Below are positions 1-8,302 of a stretch of 62,806 nt of DNA, in pieces. The first letter of the stretch is position 1, and the number at the start of each line of letters is the position of its first letter. Location: positions 1-62,806 of the forward strand of contig CANPWY010000001.1 of assembly GCA_947585215.1 (NCBI GenBank), in the 5' to 3' direction. Source of the DNA: an uncultured Clostridia bacterium (lineage in GTDB: Bacteria > Bacillota > Clostridia > Oscillospirales > JAAYOS01). The translations under genes were made by a program, and so were the position numbers. The notes beneath the pieces are model-generated. The model did no database searches. It was not told the origin of the DNA and was given only the letters and a program-made list of their open reading frames with translations.

Positions 1-299
1 AGCGGGCGCTCCCACGGGGCCTTTTCGCTTTCCGGGCGGGTGTCCGCCTCCGGGGTGGTGGCCTCCGGCGCTTTTTCCTCCGTGCCGGGGTTAAAAGTTT
101 CCGGCTCTTTGGCCTCTTCGCCAGGAACGGCGGCCTCGGCCTCGTTGTTCAGCGCCACATCGCCAACCTCCGGCTGGGCGGGGCCGTCCTGCTCCGGCGC
201 GGCGGGAGCGTCTTTGTCCGGGCCGGGTTCAGCTGGGGTAACGGCTTCATCCATTGTGATCTGCTCACCCTGGCCGGTGTTCAGTTTTTCTTCTTCCAC
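1..299 (-). CDS. hypothetical Pro/Glu/Ala-rich protein, N-terminal part (continues past left edge)
   Basis: The minus-strand frame is open to the window edge. GTG at 297-299 has GGAGG (complement of 307-311) 7 nt upstream. Product starts VEEEKLNTGQGEQITMDEAVTPAEPGPDKD..; no domain recognised. It is absent from the ORF track because it is partial. Confidence 0.3.
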   Translation of the reverse strand, partial: MEEEKLNTGQGEQITMDEAVTPAEPGPDKDAPAAPEQDGPAQPEVGDVALNNEAEAAVPGEEAKEPETFNPGTEEKAPEATTPEADTRPESEKAPWERP

Positions 300-379
300 T
301 TTCAAGCCTCCTTCATTTTTGTTGTCTTGCACAAAGTTTGCAGTTCATTTTCTACAAATTGCCGATTTTCTCTGGAAAT

Positions 380-405
380 AAAAAAGCCGGGCATTTCAGC
401 CCGGC
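380..405 (-). terminator. Rho-independent terminator-like hairpin (minus orientation)
   Basis: GCCGGGC (386-392) / GCCCGGC (399-405) form a stem with a 6-nt loop. The A-run at 380-385 gives a U-tract on the minus strand. It sits at the GC-rich/AT-rich junction. Confidence 0.5.
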
Positions 406-553
406 AGGGGGGATCGTACCGCCTCCTTTGAATTTGATATATGAAAACGCCGCCCGTAGTCTTGTTGGGCGGTGTAATCAGACTTTTGAATGAAACATCT
501 TTTTTGAGTTGTAAAAAATAAGGATAGAATAGAGGTAAACGACAAGATTCCGA

Positions 554-582
554 TTGCATCCATAATATTTTTCTGGTATAAT
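554..582 (+). promoter_or_regulatory. sigma-A type promoter for the ATPase/nuclease cassette
   Basis: TTGCAT (554-559), 17-nt spacer ending in TGG, TATAAT (577-582). GGAGG at 608-612 precedes the ATG at 618. Confidence 0.6.
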
Positions 583-617
583 AAAAATAATCTCTTGTTT
601 CCAAGCGGAGGTGTACC

Positions 618-2072
618 ATGCAGATTAGATTGAAAAATATTGGTGTTGTGAAAAACTCAACGATTATCATAGACGGTTTAACCGTAATCACGGGGAAAAA
701 CAACTCTGGGAAAACCACGGTTGGGAAAACGTTATACTCGCTTTTTGATGCAGTTGCTAATATGCAACACAAGGCAGAAAGCGACAAATGTGTTTATGTT
801 AAGAGAAAGCTAAATAATTTGGGTGATATTCTAGAATTTTTACGTTATTTCCGGGTTGCAGTTCGTGGCGACGCTCTTGGTATTCTTGAACCCTATCCTA
901 CCTTAAAAGACCTAGTTAGTGGGGAATACCGTCGGGAAATATCTCCAGAAACAATGGAAGAATTTCTGTATAGTTTGATTGATGAATTGAAAAATCTGGA
1001 TACCTCGTCTTTTGTCGAACAATTCGCAACAATTAGAAACTGGAGAGTTTCCAAAGCAAAAATAACAGATACTCAAAAAGATAAAATTAGAATTTCATTT
1101 GATAAACAAAAGGGACAGGCTATATCGTTACTGGAAAAATTAGTATGTGATATTCATAAAGATCCTGAGTTAATTGATTATGCTCGAGAGAGTATTAACC
1201 AGACGCTTAGAATTGAATTTTCTAATCAGATACAGCCAGTAAAAGGGCAAATTGGGACATCAGAGATAGAACTTTCGGATGATGATAAGGTATATTTCCA
1301 TTTCTCTATTGAAGATAATCTAATTGTTAATGATGGAGCACCTGTTTTTACCATTTCGCCATGCAAAAAAGTTTATCTCATAGATGATCCCTTTATTCTG
1401 GATGATATAGCCACGCCAGGATATTTCAGAGGGCGTGTCATGGAGGAACATGAATCGTTTTTTAACCCTGATCGGATAGGTTCGCATAATTTTAAATTAA
1501 AAAATGTCCTTAGAAATAGTAAAATATTGACGGTCTTTGAGCAAACAGTTCTGAATGATACGCTAAAGGAAACTAAAGCAAGAATTGATAACATATTGCC
1601 CGGTACTTTTGAGTTTTCTTCTGATGGAGAATATTATATTCACGATGGCTTAAAGTTACGGATACCTAATCTGGCAACTGGCTCGAAAATGTTTTCTATA
1701 ATAAAAATGCTCCTTAATAAAGGTGAAATTGATGATACAACCATGCTCATTTTAGACGAACCAGAAGCCCATCTTCATCCCGAGTGGCAGAATGCATTTG
1801 CAGAAATTATTGTGCTGTTAGTCAAAGAACTTAATGTGAATGTACTACTAACGACCCATAGTCCTAACTTTATGTTAGCAATAGATGCGTATATGCGTAA
1901 ATACAAAATTGCAGATAGGACAAATTTTTATCAAACCCAAATTGTAGAAGATGGATTTGTCCAGTATCATTGTGTTAATGATGATATGGGAATAATTTAT
2001 CAGGATTTCCTGCAATATTTATCAGAAGTTAAAATGCTACGCAACAAGTATCTTACAGATATAGAGGAATAA
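618..2072 (+). CDS. AAA_15/AAA_21-type (ABC/SMC-like) ATPase, defence-associated architecture
   Basis: 484 aa. Walker A is GKNNSGKTT at the N-terminus. After a long helical insert come Walker B MLILDEPEAHLHPEWQ and the H-loop LLTTHSPNF near the C-terminus. The gene is AT-rich relative to its flanks. Confidence 0.85.
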   Translation: MQIRLKNIGVVKNSTIIIDGLTVITGKNNSGKTTVGKTLYSLFDAVANMQHKAESDKCVYVKRKLNNLGDILEFLRYFRVAVRGDALGILEPYPTLKDLVSGEYRREISPETMEEFLYSLIDELKNLDTSSFVEQFATIRNWRVSKAKITDTQKDKIRISFDKQKGQAISLLEKLVCDIHKDPELIDYARESINQTLRIEFSNQIQPVKGQIGTSEIELSDDDKVYFHFSIEDNLIVNDGAPVFTISPCKKVYLIDDPFILDDIATPGYFRGRVMEEHESFFNPDRIGSHNFKLKNVLRNSKILTVFEQTVLNDTLKETKARIDNILPGTFEFSSDGEYYIHDGLKLRIPNLATGSKMFSIIKMLLNKGEIDDTTMLILDEPEAHLHPEWQNAFAEIIVLLVKELNVNVLLTTHSPNFMLAIDAYMRKYKIADRTNFYQTQIVEDGFVQYHCVNDDMGIIYQDFLQYLSEVKMLRNKYLTDIEE

Positions 2073-2074
2073 AC

Positions 2075-2755
2075 ATGTTTCCAATAGACATAAATATGTT
2101 TGCAGAAGAAAACTGGTCTATATATAAGAAACCTGTTACGGAGATATCTAAATCGAAAGATACCTCATTAGTTGAAAGTGATGTGGAATTGTACTGTTTT
2201 GACGATATTTGTGGTAGCCTTTATGAAGAGGATAAAAAGCCAACTTCTGCGGATGCCCTTATAATTAACGGGAAAATTATTGAATTAGTTGAGTTCAAGT
2301 CGGGTTTTAAGGATAAAATCACCAAGGAAAACTTTGATATAGAGCGAGGAAAATGTCCAAGAACCGGGGAGGTTTGTGGAGATTATTGGAAACTCTTTTT
2401 TGACAAAAGAAAAAAGGAAGTGGATGAATTAGTCTCAAACATTCGAATTAAGGCAGTTGAAAGTTTTATAACTTTGGAAAAAAATATATTCCCGTGTTGC
2501 CATCCATCCGAAGCATCTATATCCCTAAGATTTTTGGTAGTTATAGACGAGGATAATGTGGATGGGATGGAAGATACTCTTGCAGGTCTGGCTGGTTTTA
2601 CAGAAATAAAAGATAATCCCTATTCTTCGATAAGAAAGTCATTAAAAAGATTTACTCATTGTCAAGACAAAAATGGACTTCAGTACTTCTACGATGATAT
2701 TGAAGTGCTATCTGTTGCTGATTTCAAAAATTATTTGCGTTTACTTAAAAACTAA
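2075..2755 (+). CDS. small PD-(D/E)xK-like putative nuclease partner of the ATPase
   Basis: 226 aa, with ATG 2 nt after the ATPase stop (coupled). The motif ..SADALIINGKIIELVEFKSG.. fits D...E-x-K of restriction-endonuclease-like folds. No HNH or Toprim motif was seen. Confidence 0.55.
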   Translation: MFPIDINMFAEENWSIYKKPVTEISKSKDTSLVESDVELYCFDDICGSLYEEDKKPTSADALIINGKIIELVEFKSGFKDKITKENFDIERGKCPRTGEVCGDYWKLFFDKRKKEVDELVSNIRIKAVESFITLEKNIFPCCHPSEASISLRFLVVIDEDNVDGMEDTLAGLAGFTEIKDNPYSSIRKSLKRFTHCQDKNGLQYFYDDIEVLSVADFKNYLRLLKN

Positions 2756-2796
2756 ATGGTTTTGCAGACAAGTATTTATATTCCTGTGTATCAAAG

Positions 2797-2900
2797 CGCC
2801 CCTCAATAGCGTGCGTTGAGGGGTGCGTACACGCTTGTATTGGGAGAGCGCATGACTGGCAGTCATGAGGTCAGGGGTTCGATTCCCCTTATCTCCACCA
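2797..2900 (+). ncRNA. ssrA: 3'-terminal fragment of tmRNA (ssrA)-like RNA: helices + T-arm + acceptor 3' strand + CCA
   Basis: AGGGG-TTCGATT-CCCCT T-arm (2873-2889), then TATCTCC-A-CCA (2890-2900), which implies a G3:U70 alanine-type acceptor. Upstream hairpins are CCCCTCAA/TTGAGGGG and CATGACT/AGTCATG. No matching 5' acceptor strand (GGGGATA), D-arm or anticodon arm lies within tRNA distance. A full ~350-nt tmRNA cannot fit because the AT-rich CDS ends at 2755. Confidence 0.5.
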
Positions 2901-2973
2901 AACGGGTATTGGACGAACACCTATTATTTCAGCGGTGGATTCGCCGTGAAGGTGTTACTTTGATACCAAACAG

Positions 2974-3013
2974 AAACCGCCGTCTTAGATTGACTTCTAA
3001 GGCGGCGGTTTTT
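2974..3013 (+). terminator. Rho-independent terminator (downstream of tmRNA fragment; also faces the convergent permease gene)
   Basis: AAACCGCCGTCTTAG ... CTAAGGCGGCGGTTT stem (one G-T pair) followed by TTTTT. Confidence 0.7.
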
Positions 3014-3136
3014 ACATTTGTACATTGTAAACATTCCTCAAATAACAATTCATACACCAATGTTTCGGAGGGCACGGAAATCCTGACCGGGTTTTATTTA
3101 TGCAGCTTCGGACGGTATCTGCCATGCAACGGCTGC

Positions 3137-4351
3137 CTACTCCCTCGTTTGAAGCAGCTCTAGCGGCTTCTTCGCGCTCACGAGCAGACCTCCCGCGAGC
3201 GACGCGGCGGAGGCGAGCGCAAAATACGCGGCGGCGAAAGCCGCGATGAACGGCATGGCGTCCGCAAGGCTTCCGTCCGCGCAGTGAAACAGCGCGAGCG
3301 CCGTCAGTCCGAGCGTGAGTCCCGCGGCGCAGAGCGCCGCCTGTTCCAGAGTGAGTATGGCACAGACCTTCGCTTTCGACGTTCCGAGCACGCGCATTAT
3401 CGCGGCTTCCTTTGCCGACTGTATCACGACGAGCGCCGGTATCGCCGCGCCTATCAGCAGCACGGCGGCGGAAATCACCGGCAGGATGAGCTCGAGCGTG
3501 CCGGCGTTGGACTCGAGCGGATGCACCGTGTTCCGCAACTCATCGTCCTCATAGCGGAGCTTGAAGCCCGTGCCCTCAAGCACCTCGGCGGGGACGCGCA
3601 GATAAGCGTCGCTATCACGCAGGAGCTCGTTTTTCATTCGGAACTCGCAGTATCCTACCCCGACGCTGCCGCCGTCGTCATAGAAGTCCCCCTGTGCGAG
3701 CTCCGGCATCCACATCGGAACGATTATGTCGTTCGTGTCGAGCGCTTCACACTCGCAGGCTCCGACTATTCGGAACGCGCTGCCCTTTTTCTTCGATGCG
3801 GAGAGACTTTCGCGCTGCATCGGGTGCAGGCTGCTGAGATATACCTTGTCGCCGAGGCTGAACCCGCGCTCCGCAAGCAGCTCGCGGTTCACGATGCACA
3901 GATACTCCCCGGACTCGGCAAAGTCCGCCGCGCCGTAGCCGTCCAGATACTCTGTCTCCACGACCGTGAAGCGCTCCGGGTCATTTGTCGCCACCATGAA
4001 ATAGCTGTTGTCATAGACGGAACCGCCTCCGGGCGTAGGAACCGCGTTTTCGTCCGGGTCCACCCAGTAGAATGTACTGCGCGCGGTGGCGTAGAAGCTC
4101 TCGGAGAAGTCCGCCTCAAGCAGACTGTGAAGCGTTCCGTAGGATATTCCGCCGCTCTGTGTGCCGTTCTCGGAGACGACGACCGCGTCAACCTCGAGCG
4201 CCGCGTACATTTCCTCCACTCTCCCGCGCGTATCCTGCACGAGCAGCACGAACTGCCCGAGCGACGCTATGAGCGCCGCCGCGAGAAGCACGGACAAGAG
4301 CGATCTCAGCCTTGCCCTCGGAATATGCCGAAAGACGTATCTTAGTACCAT
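3137..4351 (-). CDS. ABC transporter permease, FtsX/MacB type (small paralogue)
   Basis: N-terminal TM, extracytoplasmic domain and a C-terminal three-TM FtsX bundle ending ..LELLQTRE. Preferred start is the ATG at 4349-4351 (MVLRYVF..) with AAGGAG 7 nt upstream. The ORF-track start at 4378 would overlap the ATPase gene. Confidence 0.85.
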   Translation of the reverse strand: MVLRYVFRHIPRARLRSLLSVLLAAALIASLGQFVLLVQDTRGRVEEMYAALEVDAVVVSENGTQSGGISYGTLHSLLEADFSESFYATARSTFYWVDPDENAVPTPGGGSVYDNSYFMVATNDPERFTVVETEYLDGYGAADFAESGEYLCIVNRELLAERGFSLGDKVYLSSLHPMQRESLSASKKKGSAFRIVGACECEALDTNDIIVPMWMPELAQGDFYDDGGSVGVGYCEFRMKNELLRDSDAYLRVPAEVLEGTGFKLRYEDDELRNTVHPLESNAGTLELILPVISAAVLLIGAAIPALVVIQSAKEAAIMRVLGTSKAKVCAILTLEQAALCAAGLTLGLTALALFHCADGSLADAMPFIAAFAAAYFALASAASLAGGLLVSAKKPLELLQTRE

Positions 4352-4355
4352 ATCG

Positions 4356-5018
4356 TTACTCCTTTGAAAGCCGCCCATCCGTCATACGATAGACGACGTC
4401 TGCCATGTCCGCGACCTCGCTGTCGTGAGTGACGACTATGACACAGCGGTTCTGCTCGGACGCGAGGCTTTTCAGTATCTCCATGACGGTGAGGGTGTTC
4501 TCGACGTCGAGGTTGCCGGTCGGCTCGTCTGCGAGTATCACCTTCGCGCCGGACGCGAGCGCCCGCGCTATCGCGACACGCTGCTGCTGTCCGCCGGAGA
4601 GGTTCGCGGGAAAGCGCCGCATCTCGTCCTCCGTGATGCCCACGTCTTCAAGGAGCTTCTTTGCCTCCGGCCGGGCGTCCGCCGGGGACTTGCCGACAAG
4701 CTCCATCGGAAAGCAGACGTTCTCGGTGACGGTGAGCAGTGGAAAGAGCTGGAACGCCTGAAAAATCATCGAGACCGACTCACGGCGGTAGCGGTCGAGG
4801 TCGAGCGTGCGTATCGGCACACCGTCGAGCAGGACGTCGCCCGACGTCGGCAGGTCAAGCCCCGCGAGCAGCGACAGGAGCGTGCTCTTTCCCGACCCGC
4901 TCGGGCCGATAAGAGCGTAGAGAGTACCTTCCTCAAAGTCACAGCTTGCGTCCGCGACGGCGGGACGCGGTGAGTTTTTGTAGCAGTAGCTGACGCTCTC
5001 AAGCGATAGTATGGACAT
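4356..5018 (-). CDS. ABC transporter ATP-binding protein (MacB/LolD-like)
   Basis: GPSGSGKSTLL Walker A, LSGGQQQRVAIARAL signature, ILADEPTGNLD Walker B. Start chosen at MSILSLE.. (ATG 5016-5018) because of AAAGGAGG upstream. Confidence 0.93.
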   Translation of the reverse strand: MSILSLESVSYCYKNSPRPAVADASCDFEEGTLYALIGPSGSGKSTLLSLLAGLDLPTSGDVLLDGVPIRTLDLDRYRRESVSMIFQAFQLFPLLTVTENVCFPMELVGKSPADARPEAKKLLEDVGITEDEMRRFPANLSGGQQQRVAIARALASGAKVILADEPTGNLDVENTLTVMEILKSLASEQNRCVIVVTHDSEVADMADVVYRMTDGRLSKE

Positions 5019-5037
5019 ATTCTGCCTCCTTTCGGCA

Positions 5038-6132
5038 TCACTCGCCGAACTCAAAGTAAAACGCGGTATTTTCGTACTTTCTGCCGTAGTCGTTTACAAA
5101 CGCGGGGGTATAGCGATACCTGCCGGAGAGGGACGGCGGATACAGCTCCATGGTGAGCTGCGCGATGCCGCCGTTTCGCTTTCCGCCTCCGCTCATTACA
5201 TCCCCGACTTCGCCCTTTATGACAGCCATCCCGTTCTCGACCTCCGTCCAGCTGTCGTTTTCGCTGTCATACTTCTCGAAGACGCCGCCCTTCGTCATGT
5301 TGATAAAGAAATCGACGCCGCTGTTGCACCTCACTAGAAAACCGACGTCCAGTCCCGGCTCTCCGAGATGCTCCTCGTCCTCCGACGACTCGAACGGGAG
5401 CATGGCGGCGGCGAGCAGGTCGTAGTCCTTTTCGGTCTTCGGTATAGTGACGTCAATAGTGACAGAATACACCTCGTCCCCGGTGGTAAGGGTATCCTCC
5501 ATGTAGTCGATACATTCGCGGAAATAGAGCGTATACCGGTAGATGCCGGGGTCTGCAAGCGGTAGCTTTACACGCACGGTGTTTTCTGCGCTCAGCCGTG
5601 CGATGTCCGTCTGTCCTTCCGTGGCGGCCGCTATATCGCTAAACGGAGAATCCACAATATCCACCGGCGTACCGAGCGACGCCTGCGTGTACCGCCTCCA
5701 TTTTCCTTCGCCGGCATATTTCTCGACGTAGCCCTCATAGTCTCCGGCTCGGATGCCGCCCAGGTCTTCCGCCACGACTTCACCGTTCGAGTAGCGCTCC
5801 GCCGTAAAAATCACGGGGAACTCCGCCTCGAACACAAACTCAAACTCGTAGTCGATGAGGCTGTAATAGGTCGCGCGGATACCCGTCGGCTTCAGCACGT
5901 CGATGTCTCCCGAGCACTCGCCGAGCATCGCCGCGACCGAGTTTGCGGAGAGGTCGCATATCGCCGCCGCCATTCCAAGCTCCTCACTGTCGGAGGAGGG
6001 AAGGACTACGACGGTCGGGTCGGACTCCGGCGTCGGGGAGGCAGACGGCTCCACGCTCAGGGTGGACGAGCACCCGGAAAGAAGCAGCGCCGCTGCGAGA
6101 AACACCGATACAAGACACAGCAAATTCTTCAT
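5038..6132 (-). CDS. lipoprotein of unknown function (paralogue A)
   Basis: Signal peptide plus lipobox LLLSGC. Shares blocks such as TVRVKLPLADPGIYRYTLYFRE with the 8303-9367 product. AAGGAGG RBS. Confidence 0.8.
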   Translation of the reverse strand: MKNLLCLVSVFLAAALLLSGCSSTLSVEPSASPTPESDPTVVVLPSSDSEELGMAAAICDLSANSVAAMLGECSGDIDVLKPTGIRATYYSLIDYEFEFVFEAEFPVIFTAERYSNGEVVAEDLGGIRAGDYEGYVEKYAGEGKWRRYTQASLGTPVDIVDSPFSDIAAATEGQTDIARLSAENTVRVKLPLADPGIYRYTLYFRECIDYMEDTLTTGDEVYSVTIDVTIPKTEKDYDLLAAAMLPFESSEDEEHLGEPGLDVGFLVRCNSGVDFFINMTKGGVFEKYDSENDSWTEVENGMAVIKGEVGDVMSGGGKRNGGIAQLTMELYPPSLSGRYRYTPAFVNDYGRKYENTAFYFEFGE

Positions 6133-6150
6133 AATAAATCGCCTCCTTCG

Positions 6151-8067
6151 TTATTTGCCGCCCTGAAGCAGCGTCAGCGGCGGCCTGCGCCCGATCTGCC
6201 GGAGTCCGGCTTCCGCAAACACAAGCAGCAGCACGAGAACTCCCGCACCGTACGGCAGCGCCGAGAGCGGAGAAACGGAGACGCTTATCGCACCGCCTGT
6301 TGCCTCGGCGAGCTTCAAGGCTATGTCCGTCACGATGCTCCGCATCGTGAGCATCGCGGCGGCACATCCGACCGCCGTTGCAGAGACGCCGAGTACGAAC
6401 AGGCCTATGAGCAGGGAGCGATTCGCGCCGCGCGACGGAACGCCGAGCGCGCGCATTATCCCGTACTCGTTTTTCCTCCGCAGGATGAACAGATACGCCG
6501 TGAGCGCAAGCGACAGGAGAAGCGCCGCCGCCATGGCGACAAAGCCGATGAGCGCGCCGGTGCGCATCGTCCGAAGCGTTCCGTCTATCCCGGCGTAGCC
6601 CATGTCATCTATCAGAAGCTTGTAGCCAAGCGCTTCAAGCTCGTCTCCGAGCTCGCTTTCGATTGCGGTCACGTCGCCCGGGGTCTTCAGTTCAAAGCTG
6701 AAGGTCGAGGGAAAGCAGAGAGGCTCGGTCTCACTTGGCCACGGGTAGGTTTCTTCCGGGACAAAGACGGTGTTTCGCATATACCGGAGCGCGTCGGTAT
6801 CTGCTCCGGACGCGGCGGCGCCGTCCTCACGGGGCGGCTCCGACCAGATGCCCACGACCTCGTAGGTGACGCTTTGCGGCTCAAAGCCGTATTCCGTGCG
6901 CGGAGCGCCGAGGGAAAAATACACATCCGGGTAGTACGCTTCCCGCGCCAGAACCTCTCCGCCGTAGCCCATGGTGTCCGGCTCTACGTCAAATGTTATC
7001 GTATCACCGACGCCGAGACCGTTTCTCTCGGCATATTCGGCGTTTATCACGCAGACTCGACCGGTGTCCTCGGGGGATATCATCCTCCCGTCCGATATGT
7101 AGAGCGAGCCGTCGTGAAAGCGCGGAAGGAGGGACATATCCGAGGTATACACCAGCTCCTGCGTATGCTGGTTCCTGTCCATCATCCGCACGAAATCGTT
7201 GTCGAGGTAAGCCAAATAGTCGTCTGACCCGGTCTTTTCCTCCTGCTCCGTCAGGTCTACGAGGCGGAACGGAAGCGTCCACGGCCACGGCGGAACGCAG
7301 GTCGAGTCCTGCATCAGACACGAGCCGTTTTCTATGGAGGTGCCGGGGTACGGCTCGAGCACCATCAGGTATCGGTGACCGGTCTCGATAGAATCGTACT
7401 CACCGTCGCCCGAAAACCCGGTGAGCGCAAAGGTATATTCGGGCTCCGCCATGGCGGGGATGTTGCCGTACTCGCGGACTTCAAACTTGGGGGTCACGCC
7501 CTCGGGGTACAGCTCCGCGTCGCCCGCTATGAGCCGTTCCACCTCATAGAAGGTGAGACCGTATGTCACCTGCTCGACGCCGTCCACCTCCCTTACCACC
7601 TTCGGACCGGCGAGGCATTCGACCTCGACCACCGCGCAGTCAAGCCACAGATCCTCCTCCGCGCTTCTTGCCGCCGGTTCGGTCGCGTTCTGCTGCCCCT
7701 CGGGGATTATTCCTCCGGCGACGTGCCTCACGCCGCCGCCTTTCACATACTCGGAGGACAGAACGAGTTCCCGCGCCTCATCGTCTATCGGGCAGTAGTA
7801 TCGCAGCGCGTCCATGTAGGCGTCTCCGTACAGAGCTCGGAGTATGGACGGATCTGCGGAATAAAAATCCAGATACTTCCGCTCGGTGCAGACGAGCGTA
7901 CCTACGGCGGTGTAGTGCTCCGCTACGTTTGAGATCATGCGGTTCGTGGCGGCGTACTCCATACCGCGGCTCACAAACGCGAAAGACGTCGCGGCGAGCA
8001 GAACAAACGTCACTAGCGTCTTCAGCGGCGAGCGGAAAAGCGTGATTACAGAGAGTTTAGGACGCAT
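6151..8067 (-). CDS. large FtsX/MacB-type ABC permease (paralogue A)
   Basis: Start at MRPKLSVITLFRSPLKTLVTFVLLAATSFAFVSRG (ATG 8065-8067, GGAGGAGG upstream). Large extracytoplasmic domain and C-terminal FtsX three-TM bundle ending ..PPLTLLQGGK. Confidence 0.85.
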   Translation of the reverse strand: MRPKLSVITLFRSPLKTLVTFVLLAATSFAFVSRGMEYAATNRMISNVAEHYTAVGTLVCTERKYLDFYSADPSILRALYGDAYMDALRYYCPIDDEARELVLSSEYVKGGGVRHVAGGIIPEGQQNATEPAARSAEEDLWLDCAVVEVECLAGPKVVREVDGVEQVTYGLTFYEVERLIAGDAELYPEGVTPKFEVREYGNIPAMAEPEYTFALTGFSGDGEYDSIETGHRYLMVLEPYPGTSIENGSCLMQDSTCVPPWPWTLPFRLVDLTEQEEKTGSDDYLAYLDNDFVRMMDRNQHTQELVYTSDMSLLPRFHDGSLYISDGRMISPEDTGRVCVINAEYAERNGLGVGDTITFDVEPDTMGYGGEVLAREAYYPDVYFSLGAPRTEYGFEPQSVTYEVVGIWSEPPREDGAAASGADTDALRYMRNTVFVPEETYPWPSETEPLCFPSTFSFELKTPGDVTAIESELGDELEALGYKLLIDDMGYAGIDGTLRTMRTGALIGFVAMAAALLLSLALTAYLFILRRKNEYGIMRALGVPSRGANRSLLIGLFVLGVSATAVGCAAAMLTMRSIVTDIALKLAEATGGAISVSVSPLSALPYGAGVLVLLLVFAEAGLRQIGRRPPLTLLQGGK

Positions 8068-8302
8068 AACGCAGCCTCCTCCCGCATATCCGCTTTTCCT
8101 GCCGCGCGGCTCCGCCGCGGGCCCTTCCGTCCAATCTACGACACAGCATTTTCGCACCTTCCTTCTTTTTCCCCCGGAGCGGACGTCTCGGGGCTTCTGT
8201 CCTATATATCCCACGAGACCCCGTGAAAATCTCGCACGGGACAGAAAAATTTGATGCCGTTTTAAAAGGTGCGATAATATTGCCTCCGTTTGCCGACGGC
8301 GC

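Noticed and set aside
40-381. 113-aa plus-strand Ser/Ala/Gly-rich ORF
   Set aside because: It is low-complexity. The opposite strand has a start codon with a GGAGG RBS and a more protein-like (if still biased) sequence.
302-787. 161-aa minus-strand ORF spanning the GC/AT junction
   Set aside because: It crosses the terminator hairpin, the promoter and the 5' end of the ATPase gene. It has no RBS and an implausible mixed composition.
2797-2900. Complete tRNA gene
   Set aside because: Only the T-arm, acceptor 3' strand and CCA are present. No complementary 5' acceptor strand, D-arm or anticodon arm lies at tRNA spacing. It is interpreted instead as a tmRNA 3' fragment.
2816-3163. 115-aa plus-strand ORF
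   Set aside because: It is built from the tmRNA-like fragment, a terminator hairpin and the tail of the convergent permease gene. It is not coding.
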